NCBI GenBank assembly: GCA_040755995.1
Contig: JBFMAF010000016.1
Span: 1-64,000 of the forward strand
Length of the DNA stretch: 64,000 nt
Source of the DNA: Acidobacteriota bacterium
GTDB taxonomy: Bacteria > Acidobacteriota > CAIWXX01
Direction of reading: 5' to 3'
In this document: positions 39,524-49,699 of the stretch, one piece after another
Layout: the number at the start of each line of letters is the position of its first letter
Position numbering within the stretch: position 1 is the first letter of the stretch
Position numbers and translations under genes: made by a program
The notes under the pieces: generated by a model
What the model saw: the letters and a program-made list of their open reading frames with translations, nothing else
Told to the model about the DNA's origin: nothing
Database searches by the model: none

Positions 39524-40276
39524 ATGAAGCTGGAGATCCGTTCAGTCGGGAAGGTCTATGAGACGCTGAAGGGGCAGGCCGTCATTGCGCTCAAGGACAT
39601 CAACCTGGAAATCCATCAGAACACGTTCACCGTGCTCGTGGGACCCTCCGGGTGCGGCAAGAGCACGCTGCTCAAGATCGTGGCCGGTCTGGAGCGCGCG
39701 AGCTCGGGCCAGGTGCTCCTCGACGGCCGGGAGATCACCGGGCCTGGCGCTGACCGCGGCATGGTTTTCCAGGCGTACACGCCGTTCGCATGGCGCACAG
39801 TCCTGGAGAACATAACCTTCGGGCTCGAGCTGAAGAAGATCGACCGCGAGCGGGCGCGCGAAACAGCGCAGCGGTTCATCCAGCTCATGGGGCTCGCGGG
39901 GTTCGAGAATGCTTACCCGCGCGAGCTGTCGGGCGGCATGCTGCAGCGCGTCGCGATCGCGCGCGCGCTGGCCAACGAGCCGGCGCTGCTGCTGATGGAT
40001 GAGCCTTTCGGAGCGCTCGACGCGCAGACTCGCGAGAAGATGCAGGAGCTGCTCCTGAAGGTCGACCGCACGACCCGCACGACGGTGCTCTTCGTTACGC
40101 ACGATCTGGACGAGGCTCTGTTCCTGGGCGAGAAGATCGTAGTTATGGGCAAGAATCCCGGCCACATCGCCGCGGTTTACGACGCGCCGGTGACCAATGA
40201 GCTCACCGACAAGCTCGAAGACAAGTTCATCGGTCTGAAGCGCAAGCTCCTTGAAATCTTCGCCACTTTCGGGTAG
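39524..40276 (+). CDS. ABC transporter ATP-binding protein (NitT/TauT family)
   Basis: GPSGCGKST; LSGGMLQR; LLMDEPFGALD; FVTHD. Confidence 0.95.
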   Translation: MKLEIRSVGKVYETLKGQAVIALKDINLEIHQNTFTVLVGPSGCGKSTLLKIVAGLERASSGQVLLDGREITGPGADRGMVFQAYTPFAWRTVLENITFGLELKKIDRERARETAQRFIQLMGLAGFENAYPRELSGGMLQRVAIARALANEPALLLMDEPFGALDAQTREKMQELLLKVDRTTRTTVLFVTHDLDEALFLGEKIVVMGKNPGHIAAVYDAPVTNELTDKLEDKFIGLKRKLLEIFATFG

Positions 40277-40288
40277 CGTCCTGTAGTA

Positions 40289-41134
40289 ATGGAGTTCCAG
40301 CAGCGGATTCGCAGGTCCCTTGTCAGGGCCGCGCTCAATTCCACTACCTCCTGGGTCATCATCGGCACGACGCTCGCGCTGAGCATCGGTCTTCAGGACC
40401 CGTTCATTCTGTTCTTCGGCGCAGCCGCCGAGACTCTGGCCGTGATGACGATGCTGAACAGCAAGAAGTTCACGGGCAAGGTGCTCGGGCGGTTCGAGGA
40501 GCAGCAGAATCGGGAAAAGCAGCTGAAGTTCGAGGCGATCGTGAAGCAGAGCGATCCGGAGACCCGCCAGCGGTACTTCGACATCGTGCAGAGCTCGCAG
40601 GAAATCGAACGGCTGTCGCAGGAGGGGGACTCGGCTTTCCTGTCGACGGGCCTTTCGGCGACCATAAGCCAGCTGCAGATGCTCAGGGAGAAGTCGGCGA
40701 ACCTGATGGAGAAGCGGCTGCTCATCCGCAAGTACCTGGTGAGGGTGGACCTGAGCGCGATGGAGCGCGAGTGCCAGAAGCTGGAGCGGAACGTGGCAGT
40801 GATCCAGGATCCGGTTGCGAAGAAGCAGTTCCAGCAGTCCCTCACGCTGAAGAGACAGGAGCTGGAGACGTACCGGTCCATGTTTGTCGCCTTGCAGCGG
40901 ATCGACGGCCAGCTCGAGCAGATCTCATCCACGCTCTCGTCCCTCAAGGGCAAGATCGTGCTGCTCAAGACCTCCGAGGTCACCACCGAAGGCGGCTATG
41001 ACAAGATGGGCGAGGAGCTGAAGGCGCTGGTGGGAGATGTGGAGCTCATGGAGAGCTCCGTTGCTGATGCGGCCGCCCTCGAAGCGACGGCGCTTTCCAC
41101 AAGCCGGAGGCCGCCGCAGAGAATCGTGCACTGA
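40289..41134 (+). CDS. N-terminal 2-TM coiled-coil hypothetical protein
   Basis: 12 nt after the ATPase; hydrophobic hairpin then long heptad-rich helices. Confidence 0.75.
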   Translation: MEFQQRIRRSLVRAALNSTTSWVIIGTTLALSIGLQDPFILFFGAAAETLAVMTMLNSKKFTGKVLGRFEEQQNREKQLKFEAIVKQSDPETRQRYFDIVQSSQEIERLSQEGDSAFLSTGLSATISQLQMLREKSANLMEKRLLIRKYLVRVDLSAMERECQKLERNVAVIQDPVAKKQFQQSLTLKRQELETYRSMFVALQRIDGQLEQISSTLSSLKGKIVLLKTSEVTTEGGYDKMGEELKALVGDVELMESSVADAAALEATALSTSRRPPQRIVH

Positions 41135-41200
41135 GACGGATACGACGCCTTCGAATGACGGGCGGAGAGGCACGGAAGACGGTCTGTGCGGTCGAGGGCG

Positions 41201-42112
41201 ATGAGCATGGGTGAGAAGAAGGGGGTTGAGATGCAGGGAGAGGGTTACTCGCCGCAGGTACTGGCGGAGCTTCTGAAGGCGCAGAAGACCGAGGTTACGG
41301 AATACTGTACCTACCTGCGCCTGGCGAAATCGGTCAAGGACTCGAAGAACGCGGAGATCCTGTTGAGGATAGGAAACGATGAGGGGCGTCATGCGGAGCT
41401 CTGGGAGAAGTATACCGGCAGGCGGCCGGGCCCGGATCGCTTCCGACTGGCATTCTACACCTGGTTAGCCCGCATACTCGGGCTTACCTTCGGCTTGAGA
41501 CTGATGGAACGCGGTGAGGAGCGGGCGCAGATCAACTACGAGCGGATCATGAAAGAGATCCCGGAAGGCCGGCAGATCCATCAGGAAGAGAAGCGCCACG
41601 AGAACGAGCTGATCGGCATGATCCAGGAGGAGCGACTGGCTCACCTTGGCTCGATCGTGTTGGGTCTGAATGACGCGCTGGTGGAGCTTACCGGAGCGCT
41701 CGCCGGGATGACCTTTGCTCTTCAGAACAGCCGGCTGGTGGCCGTGGCCGGCCTCGTAACCGGGTTTGCCGCGAGCCTCTCAATGGCCGCATCCGAGTAT
41801 CTCTCGCAGAAATCCGAAGGCAACACGGAGGGCGCCTTCAAGGCAGCGGCGTACACGGGCTTCGCCTATATCGTGACGGTGATTCTGCTGGTCCTCCCGT
41901 ATCTGCTCCTCGGCGGGCTCTACCTATCGCTCGGCGTCACGCTCATCACCGCGATCCTCATCATCGCGGCCTTCAACTTCTACATCTCGGTGGCCAAGGA
42001 TCTGCCCTTCGGCCGGCGCTTCGCCGAAATGGCGATACTGAGCCTGACCGTCGCCGTGCTCACGTTCTCGGTGGGATACCTGCTCCGAGCAACGCTCGGT
42101 GTCGAGGATTGA
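41201..42112 (+). CDS. rubrerythrin-like + VIT1/CCC1 iron transporter family protein
   Basis: ExxH ferritin-like motifs (DEGRH, EEKRH); IVLGLNDALVEL; ASLSMAASEYLS. Confidence 0.88.
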   Translation: MSMGEKKGVEMQGEGYSPQVLAELLKAQKTEVTEYCTYLRLAKSVKDSKNAEILLRIGNDEGRHAELWEKYTGRRPGPDRFRLAFYTWLARILGLTFGLRLMERGEERAQINYERIMKEIPEGRQIHQEEKRHENELIGMIQEERLAHLGSIVLGLNDALVELTGALAGMTFALQNSRLVAVAGLVTGFAASLSMAASEYLSQKSEGNTEGAFKAAAYTGFAYIVTVILLVLPYLLLGGLYLSLGVTLITAILIIAAFNFYISVAKDLPFGRRFAEMAILSLTVAVLTFSVGYLLRATLGVED

Positions 42113-42265
42113 TCACAGAGCAGACAAGACCGATCGTGGCCGGCGCTCTATAGGCGTCTTTCCGCACACACCACCAGGCCACTCTCCGCTCTCGACGCGA
42201 GGCGGGGCCAAGACAACCTCACATGCGTCATCGGCCTCAGGCCGCGCCTCGCCCGGCGGCGGGCG

Positions 42266-43045
42266 CTATGGCTCGCTGCGAAAGAGGAGCTGCAGCTGGC
42301 AGAGCGAGAGCCTGTCGCCGTTCTCGAGCGGGTACAGGACTCCCTGCTGCGCGAGCTTCACGCCGTTAATGAACGTCCCGTTCATTGCGCCGACCTCTTC
42401 GCTCAGAAAGAACTTGCCGTCCCGGTATGTGATCCGCGCGTGCCTGCGCGATATGTGGCGGGAGACGTCTTCGGCGGAGAGGTCGATTTCGGGACGCATC
42501 CCGGTGACGTGATCGAGGCGCCCGATCACCGAGCTCTCCTTGGTGATCGTGAAGACCCGGCCCGATCCCTCGACGACGACGCTCCCTCGGATTCGAGGCG
42601 GGACGACCTCGGGCGCCTGAGGTGTCACGAGGGCGCGCGGCGGAATCATGTCGTCGACCCCGGCGAGCGTCGCGCCGGCGGCCGCGAGCTCTTCGATCCG
42701 CCGGTTCGCCTCCCGCAGCCGCGTGCAATACTTCCGCAGCATGCGGACCGCGATCTCGGGATTCGCGCGGATCATGTCGGCGAATGTGGGTGGGTCGATC
42801 GAGAGGAGCTCGGAGTCCTCGACCGCCTCGGCCGAGGCCGATCGGGGCTGGTGCTCGAACAGCGCCATTTCCCCGAAGAAATCCCCCTTCTCGAGCACCG
42901 CGAATTCCACGCTCTGCGAGCCCACCTCCCTGAATATGCGGATCCGGCCCGAATGGATGATGTACATGTTCTCGCCCGGGTCGTCCTGGCTGAAGATGCG
43001 GGACCCCTTGGCGAAGCTCACTTTGTACTTGCTGAACTCCTTCAT
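42266..43045 (-). CDS. cyclic-nucleotide-binding + FHA domain protein
   Basis: cNMP motif GDFFGEMAL...PRSASAEA; FHA motifs IGR, ISRRHARI, NGTFING. Confidence 0.9.
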   Translation of the reverse strand: MKEFSKYKVSFAKGSRIFSQDDPGENMYIIHSGRIRIFREVGSQSVEFAVLEKGDFFGEMALFEHQPRSASAEAVEDSELLSIDPPTFADMIRANPEIAVRMLRKYCTRLREANRRIEELAAAGATLAGVDDMIPPRALVTPQAPEVVPPRIRGSVVVEGSGRVFTITKESSVIGRLDHVTGMRPEIDLSAEDVSRHISRRHARITYRDGKFFLSEEVGAMNGTFINGVKLAQQGVLYPLENGDRLSLCQLQLLFRSEP

Positions 43046-43056
43046 ATGGCCGTTCC

Positions 43057-45168
43057 TTACAGCGCGAGGTCGCGCAGGTACCTCTGCGCCGCCTCGGCCA
43101 CCGGTTTCCCGTCGTGGTTGGTGACGGTGGCGCGCGCATACGCCGCGGCTTGACGGAAGGCGTCTCCCGCTTCCTTCTTGTACCCGAGCTGCAACAAAAT
43201 TCTACCCTTGTAGTAAGCTGCCGTCCCGTCGCAGATTCCCCAATCGCCGCCGATCTGGGCCCGCTGCATCTCGGAGTAGGCTCCGGCGTAATCGTTGGCA
43301 TGCATGAGACACTGCGCGAGCAGGAAGTGCGCCACGCCGTTGGTACCTCCCTTGATCGCCACCCCCAGCTCGGCCATCACCTTAGAATATAGAATATCGC
43401 TGGCGTTGAGTGGTAGTTCCTGCGGAGACTTGCCGACCGTGACCTCGACCGCGCGGGCCGGCGAGTCTCTCTTGGCGTCCCGGACTTTGAGGGCGATCTT
43501 GTCTCCGGGTCGCGCCAAAGCGAGCGCGTTCTGCAGGTCTGCCGATGTGGCGACGACCTTGCCTGAGACCTCCAGTATCTCCTGCCCGACGCTCAGGCGC
43601 GCGGCGGCGGCCGGGCCCTCCGGAAGCATGGAGAGGACGACCGGGCCCGTGCGTCCGACCAGATCGACCGTGCGGCACCCGATCCAGCTCCGGTACATCG
43701 AGAACGGGCGGTTGAGCAAAGTGACGACGTTCTTGATCTCATCCTCCAACGGCTTTACATAGATCGACTCGACCGAAGGCGAGAGCGGTGTAGCGAAACA
43801 GAGGAAGAGGTTCTCCTGTATCCTCTCCTTCGACAGGAAGGCGACGCATGCCATCTCGGCCTTCGAGTCGGCACAGAGCTTGCTGACGCTCTCCTGGAAG
43901 AGCTTCTTGTCATCCTCCCCCTTGCCCCGGTCCATTCCCAGGAAGCTGTTCGGAGCCATCCCCACTCGCCGCAGCAGCTTGAGACCGCTGTCATGGTCGT
44001 TGAACAGGACGTTGAGGGTCGTGACGGTCGCGAGCGCGCCGGCGAGCTGCTCCTCGCGCTCTCGCGCCGTGGCCTCCAGCGCCGGCTCGGAGAAGATGCC
44101 GAGGAACACGAGGGTCGGGCGCGCCACGGCCTCCAGCGTGACGCTCTGGTTCCGCGCGACGACGATCTCCTGCCTGTACTTGCCGGCGGGGAAAGAGACT
44201 TCCACCGTGTGGGCGCCCGAACAAACCTTCGCGTTTGTCACGGGCAGCCGCCCCAAGGAAGTCCCTCCGTCGAGCGTGGCTTCGCCGGCCGCGCCGGAGG
44301 TGATGGTGAGCGTTCCGGTGCTGGATTCGAGCTCGATCGTTGGTATTTCGAGATCCTGGATGGACTCGATGTTGACGGCGCGCACGGTGGGTTCATAGCA
44401 GGGGCGCTTGAGCTCGAGGATATGCCGTCCGAGCGTGAGCCCGTCGATCAGGAGCGCTCGTGAGACGTCTGCCTCCCCTGGCGGTGTCTTGCCCGCCGCC
44501 TGGCCATCGATGGTGACCTCCACCTCGGCCGGCTTCGTGGTGACGCTGAGGGAGGCGGCGGTACGCACAAGCGGATAGGCCCTGATCAGCGTCTCCTTCG
44601 AGACCACCGTGATATCCTCGGTGATCTCCTGGAAGCCCTTCCGGCTCACCCGCATCTTGTGCGCTCCGGCCACCACCGGGAGGTCGATGAGGTTGGTTGC
44701 GCCGATCTCACTGGAGTCGAGATACACGGTGGCTCCCTGAGGCTCGGTCGTCACGCGCAGAAACCCGACGATGTTCTTGCGGAGATTCTCGAACAGCCCG
44801 TAGAACTTCGGAGACACCTCCGTCCGATTGATGGTGTAACCCGGGTCGATCGCTATGAGCGAGCGGAGGTCGGCGTCGCACGAGGCGTCGTCCCCGCTGT
44901 TGAAATGCGCGCGGGCGCGGTATTCGAGCGACTTCTTCAGAAGCAGCGTCTCGTCCGGCGATCGACCTTGCTTGCCAAGGAGCGCGTCCATGATCTTGTT
45001 GAATTCGGGGATGCACGCAGGCTGGTTCGGGGAATCGAAGATTTCCTTGGCGGTGGAGAAGACGCCCTGGAGCGTCGCCATGTCCATGTCCGCCTCCTGC
45101 GCGCAGGCGAGAGGAGGAAGAGCGACGAGCGGGGATATGAGGAAGAGGAGGCGAAGGAGCGTCTTCAT
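43057..45168 (-). CDS. exported TPR + PEGA repeats + PDZ protein
   Basis: Signal peptide; PEGA GFLRVTTEPQGATVYLD; PDZ GPAAAARLSVGQEILEVSG; terminal TPRs. Start overlaps the upstream stop (ATGA). Confidence 0.82.
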   Translation of the reverse strand: MKTLLRLLFLISPLVALPPLACAQEADMDMATLQGVFSTAKEIFDSPNQPACIPEFNKIMDALLGKQGRSPDETLLLKKSLEYRARAHFNSGDDASCDADLRSLIAIDPGYTINRTEVSPKFYGLFENLRKNIVGFLRVTTEPQGATVYLDSSEIGATNLIDLPVVAGAHKMRVSRKGFQEITEDITVVSKETLIRAYPLVRTAASLSVTTKPAEVEVTIDGQAAGKTPPGEADVSRALLIDGLTLGRHILELKRPCYEPTVRAVNIESIQDLEIPTIELESSTGTLTITSGAAGEATLDGGTSLGRLPVTNAKVCSGAHTVEVSFPAGKYRQEIVVARNQSVTLEAVARPTLVFLGIFSEPALEATAREREEQLAGALATVTTLNVLFNDHDSGLKLLRRVGMAPNSFLGMDRGKGEDDKKLFQESVSKLCADSKAEMACVAFLSKERIQENLFLCFATPLSPSVESIYVKPLEDEIKNVVTLLNRPFSMYRSWIGCRTVDLVGRTGPVVLSMLPEGPAAAARLSVGQEILEVSGKVVATSADLQNALALARPGDKIALKVRDAKRDSPARAVEVTVGKSPQELPLNASDILYSKVMAELGVAIKGGTNGVAHFLLAQCLMHANDYAGAYSEMQRAQIGGDWGICDGTAAYYKGRILLQLGYKKEAGDAFRQAAAYARATVTNHDGKPVAEAAQRYLRDLAL

Positions 45169-46661
45169 TTGAGCACCCATATGCCGGCGGACTTGTCGTC
45201 CCACACATAGATCTCACCGGAGTCGGTGATGGCCATCTCCCTCGGCGCGCGCATGGTGGGGACCACGCACTGGTACAGCAGCTTTCCGTCTCGATCGAAG
45301 ATGTGGACGGCGTGGAGGTCCTTGTCGAGAACGTAGAGGTGGCCGAACGCGTCGAAGCGAATGCGCGAGGGTGACTGGAACGCGTAGCCCGGCCCCTGAC
45401 TGGCTACCGTAACGACCAGCTTGCCTCGCCGGTCGTAGATATTGATCTTCTTTTCGCGCTTGAAGAGCAACGCGATCCGGTCGTACAGGTCGATCGACAT
45501 TGCCTCGACACCCCCGTCCAGCGACGGGGCGTAAACGGAATCGAAGCCGAAGCTGCTGGTGTAGTGGAGGACCTTTCCGTCGCCCCCTTCCAGCAGATAA
45601 AAGTCCCCGTAAGATGTGCGGAAGACGTCCCGGGCCTTCTCCACGATCTCGCTCTCACGCTTCGTCCCCTTCAGGTACGACAGCGGGCGGAAGGTGTCGC
45701 GCGCTGCGATTCCGGTGGAGTCGGCCACGTAGTAGCCGCCGCCCGAATCGATGAAAATCCCGGCCGGCTCGCGCGCGTTGAACCCGCCGGTGACCCGCAG
45801 GTCGCTGTCGATTGTGCGAATCCGCTGTGCCTTCGGGTCGGAGAAGTAGAGCAGCTGGTTCGAGTCGAATGCGAGCCCGGCGCAGTCCTCGACGGGGGTC
45901 GTCCCCTTGATGGTAGCCAGGGTTTGGTTCTTGAACATTCCCGCCGGATCGACTCTCGGCTGGTAGTAGAGCCGCCAGAGCAACGAGTTCCAGCGCAGGG
46001 CAACAGCTGCTTCCGATTTCTTCGGATAGAGGTCGCGCTCTCTCTGGATCTCCAGCATGGCTCGCTCGACCCTGCCTCGGAAGAACATCGCCTTGCCGAG
46101 CGCAAGCTGCGCACCCGGAGCTGCGGTGCCGAGCGGGTAGTCGGTCGTGCAGCGCTCGAGGTAGTCTGAGGCGGGCTCGTAGTGCTGCAACCGGATCTCC
46201 GTTATCCCCGCCTGGTAGAGCGCCTGCTCGACCGCTGGACTACTCGGGTAGAACTGGACGGTCCGGAGGAAGTTTGCAAGCCCGTCCTGTAGCTGCTGTT
46301 CGCTCGTCGCGGATTCGGTCAGCACCAGTCCTTTCCACAGGTAAGCATCCGCCGCAGTCTCCTTCCCCTGGAACTCCCGGATGATCCTCTCGAATTGCTC
46401 GGACGCTTTCTGAGGCGAACGCTCGACCCTGAAGTAGTACTTCCCAAGTTCGAGCAACGCGTTGTCGGCGTACGTGGACTGGGGGAAGGAAGAGAGCAGC
46501 GACTGGAAATCCTGGATCGCCTGCTGGTATAACTTCTCCCCCATCAGCTTGAGCCCGTTGAGATAGAGCTTCTCCGCCATCGCCTCCGGCGGATTCTGCT
46601 GGGCGAGGGAGACCAGTGGAAGAAGCAGCGAGAGAATAGCCGCGCGCAGACTGACTTTCAT
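45165..46661 (-). CDS. exported TPR (BamD/CpoB-like) + NHL beta-propeller protein
   Basis: Signal peptide; FPQSTYADNALLELG and YPSSPAVEQALYQAG TPRs; PSRIRFDAFGHLYVLD..IFDRDGK NHL repeats. Confidence 0.82.
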   Translation of the reverse strand: MKVSLRAAILSLLLPLVSLAQQNPPEAMAEKLYLNGLKLMGEKLYQQAIQDFQSLLSSFPQSTYADNALLELGKYYFRVERSPQKASEQFERIIREFQGKETAADAYLWKGLVLTESATSEQQLQDGLANFLRTVQFYPSSPAVEQALYQAGITEIRLQHYEPASDYLERCTTDYPLGTAAPGAQLALGKAMFFRGRVERAMLEIQRERDLYPKKSEAAVALRWNSLLWRLYYQPRVDPAGMFKNQTLATIKGTTPVEDCAGLAFDSNQLLYFSDPKAQRIRTIDSDLRVTGGFNAREPAGIFIDSGGGYYVADSTGIAARDTFRPLSYLKGTKRESEIVEKARDVFRTSYGDFYLLEGGDGKVLHYTSSFGFDSVYAPSLDGGVEAMSIDLYDRIALLFKREKKINIYDRRGKLVVTVASQGPGYAFQSPSRIRFDAFGHLYVLDKDLHAVHIFDRDGKLLYQCVVPTMRAPREMAITDSGEIYVWDDKSAGIWVLK

Positions 46662-46668
46662 GCGCCGC

Positions 46669-46697
46669 ATTATATACCAATTTGCGGCGCTTGTCTG
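46669..46697 (-). promoter_or_regulatory. sigma70-like promoter, probably leaderless
   Basis: CAGACA-17 nt-TATAAT, ending 7 nt before ATG 46661; no RBS. Confidence 0.5.
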
Positions 46698-46848
46698 GCC
46701 CAGTCGCCACGACTGCGAGACAAGCGGCCAGAGCCGGCCGCAGGTGCAGTGACGGCGCGCACAGCCGCACGCCCCGGCCGTCTCAGGGAGCTAGTACACA
46801 TCCGGGTCGAAGGGGTCTATCAGGATGACGCTGGTGATCGATGGAGGC

Positions 46849-48786
46849 ATGATGATGCGTAGCAACGGATTCAAGCACATCCTGGGGTGTCTGCTAGTCG
46901 TTGCCGGCGCGCCGCTGGCGACGCAGGCAGCACACCACTGGGCGCGTGTGATCGGGGGAAACGGCAGCGATATACCGCGTTCGGTGCAGCAGACGAGCGA
47001 CGGAGGGTACGTTCTCGCAGGGATTACCTGGGGAAGCTTCGGCGGCGACCAGGACGCGTGGCTGGTGAAGCTGGATGCGTCCGGTGTCGTCAGTTGGCAG
47101 AAGACCTTCGGAGGCGCCGGATCGGACTGGGCGAGGTCTGTGCGGCAGACAGCAGACGGCGGCTACTATCTCGGCTGCTACAGCTTGGCGTTCGGCAACG
47201 GCGTCGAAGCCTGGGTGCTCAGGCTGGACTCGGCCGGGAGTGTTGTGTGGCAAAGGACCTACGGGGGGACATCCGACGACTATCTGGACTCGTTGGAAGT
47301 GACGGGAGACGGGGGTTGCGTTTTCACAGGAGACACGACCAGCTTCGGTGCCGGGGGGAGCAATGCATGGGCCGTCAAGCTCTCCCCCGACGGGACCGTC
47401 AACTGGGCGAAGAGGAGATACGTGGACCAGAATGAGTCGGGAGTCGATATCACGCCGGATGGGAGCGGGGGATACGCGATGCTGGCTGACGCAGCGGGAG
47501 GCGGCGGAGACAGAGACGCATGGTTCACGCGGCTGGATTCGAACGGGAACTTCGTCAACAACACCAGGCATCTGATCGGATCGATCCGAAGCGAGGTGCC
47601 CCAGGCGATTGATCGCTCCGGCGACGGCGGCTGGTATGTGTCCGGCTATGTGCCAGTCCCCGGCAATGCCAATGATGGACTCCTCATGAAACTGAACTCC
47701 ACCGGCAGCCCGGTGTGGCAGAAGCACGTAGGTGGGCCGGGTGACGACCACTTTCGCGCCGGGCAGTCAACGTCAGACGGCGGATACGTGGCCGTCGGCG
47801 AGTCGAACAATAACGGCATCGACGCCGACGATCTGTGGGTCGTGAAGTTCGACTCCTCGGGCAGTGTCGTGTGGCAGAGAACATATGGCGGCGTGAGTGG
47901 CGAGTCCGGAGCCGATATCTGCCAGACCAGCGACGGAGGATACGTTGTCGCTGGCGAGACCACATCGTATGGCAACGCCAAGGAAGTATTCATTCTCCGA
48001 CTCTCACCGAACGGAGAGATCGACCCGTCATGCGGCGGGCTGATCCAGGATCCGGCTCTCGCCTCGGCCGACTGGGGCGTGAGTGATGACACCGGCTTCA
48101 CGAGTTGGACCGCGAACACGACCGTCACTGTCGCAACTCCGGCATATGCCACGAACAACACGAACGCCGGGAACACGGTGCTCTGTGTTTCCACGTGCCA
48201 GGTGAGCTGTTCCGCGACCGTGCCCGCGGCCGGTGTCGCGGGCAACGCTGTTGCGTTTCAGGCGAATGCCACCCTGGTGGATTGCGACGGGCTGAGCGTT
48301 TCCTACTCGTGGACCTTCGGCGACGGCGGCAGTTCCGCCGCGCAGAACCCGTCGCATATCTACGGCTCAGCAGGCACCTATCCGTGGACACTGACTGCCA
48401 GCGGTCCGGGCGCGACACCTTGTCTGCAGTCCGGCTTGATCACGATCTCAACCACCGCGATGCCGGATCTCACGGGCACATGGACAAGCGTCAAGAAGAA
48501 GCGCGGCAAAGTGAATGCGAAGCTCAGCTCCCAGAACACTGGGTTGGGTGAAGCCGGGAGCTTCACCGTGAAGGTCTATTTCTCCAACAAGGTCACGATC
48601 GGCCGGAAGTCGAAGCTGCTGAAGACTCAGGCAGTCTCCTCTCTTACCCCGGGCGGCAGCGTCCTGATCGCCGTCAAGGCCACCCCGACGCGCAAGCACA
48701 AGTACATCGTAGCGGTCGTAGACTCCGCCGGAGCCGTCGCCGAGACAAACGAGGCCAACAACGCGATTGCCAAGACGCTTCCTTGA
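46849..48786 (+). CDS. secreted beta-propeller repeat protein with PKD and basic CARDB-like tail
   Basis: GGAGG RBS; signal peptide; repeats QTSDGGYV.AG...W.VKLD.SG.V.WQKT.GG; PKD YSWTFGDG; PDL...VVDSAGAVAETNEANN. Confidence 0.85.
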   Translation: MMMRSNGFKHILGCLLVVAGAPLATQAAHHWARVIGGNGSDIPRSVQQTSDGGYVLAGITWGSFGGDQDAWLVKLDASGVVSWQKTFGGAGSDWARSVRQTADGGYYLGCYSLAFGNGVEAWVLRLDSAGSVVWQRTYGGTSDDYLDSLEVTGDGGCVFTGDTTSFGAGGSNAWAVKLSPDGTVNWAKRRYVDQNESGVDITPDGSGGYAMLADAAGGGGDRDAWFTRLDSNGNFVNNTRHLIGSIRSEVPQAIDRSGDGGWYVSGYVPVPGNANDGLLMKLNSTGSPVWQKHVGGPGDDHFRAGQSTSDGGYVAVGESNNNGIDADDLWVVKFDSSGSVVWQRTYGGVSGESGADICQTSDGGYVVAGETTSYGNAKEVFILRLSPNGEIDPSCGGLIQDPALASADWGVSDDTGFTSWTANTTVTVATPAYATNNTNAGNTVLCVSTCQVSCSATVPAAGVAGNAVAFQANATLVDCDGLSVSYSWTFGDGGSSAAQNPSHIYGSAGTYPWTLTASGPGATPCLQSGLITISTTAMPDLTGTWTSVKKKRGKVNAKLSSQNTGLGEAGSFTVKVYFSNKVTIGRKSKLLKTQAVSSLTPGGSVLIAVKATPTRKHKYIVAVVDSAGAVAETNEANNAIAKTLP

Positions 48787-48899
48787 GGGGCGCGGAATGC
48801 GCCCGTGCATCACTGCGCGACTGCGCGGTGTCGAGGGTGCTGCGGCCACCCGCGAGCTTCACACTACCGCACGTTCGAGACTATCTCGGCATATGTTAG

Positions 48900-49049
<150 letters not shown>

Positions 49050-49164
49050 TGAAGCAGCGTCTCATGCGGGCTAGTCGGCTGGCGAGTGACTCCAGCTGGG
49101 GATTGGAGCCAATTCCCACGTCTCAATTCGTCGCGCTCACTGGAACTTGCAGCGGAGGAGCGCG

Positions 49165-49494
49165 ATGACATATGGCACCCAGAACCAGGCAGCCCACGAC
49201 CCATGCACCGCCTGCTCGAGTCTGAGGGACAAAGAGTACGCTTTTCAGAAATACGGCGCGGAAGAAGACAACACCTACTTGCCGGCTGCCGCCGGCGACC
49301 TGAAAGTGGTGCGTGATTTCCGACCGTACGACAGCCGGAAGCTGCAACTTCGGCAGTGTTCCCAGTGCGGTACCTACTACCTCTACAGGACCGACTACGA
49401 GTACCTGGTCAACGGCAGCGAAGATGAGGAATTCCTGACGCGACTGACACAGGAACAAGCGGCTGAGTATCTGAGCCAGACGCCACCGGCTTGA
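49165..49494 (+). CDS. hypothetical protein with two CxxC motifs
   Basis: GGAGGAG RBS; CTAC and CSQC; YEYLVNGSEDEEFLTRL. Confidence 0.7.
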   Translation: MTYGTQNQAAHDPCTACSSLRDKEYAFQKYGAEEDNTYLPAAAGDLKVVRDFRPYDSRKLQLRQCSQCGTYYLYRTDYEYLVNGSEDEEFLTRLTQEQAAEYLSQTPPA

Positions 49495-49552
49495 TCTCAG
49501 CGGCAAGCACGATCATCAACATCGCCTCAGGCGAACTGCGCCCCCCACCCCA

Positions 49553-49650
49553 TGAGTTCCGTCACAGTGGGAGCTCACAAGGACGAGGTCAAGCCTACGA
49601 CACCAGCAAGGCCACCATCAGCTTTCAGCCGGGCAATCCCCTCCCGGCAC
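49553..49650 (+). pseudogene. DUF1801/YdhG-like fragment
   Basis: AHKDEVK / YDTSKATISFQPGNPLP across a frameshift resembles the Y.TSKGTIRF....PLP C-terminus. Confidence 0.5.
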
Positions 49651-49699
49651 GAACAGCAGTGCCACCGGATGTTTGGCCACAGGACGAAGGCACCCGCCG

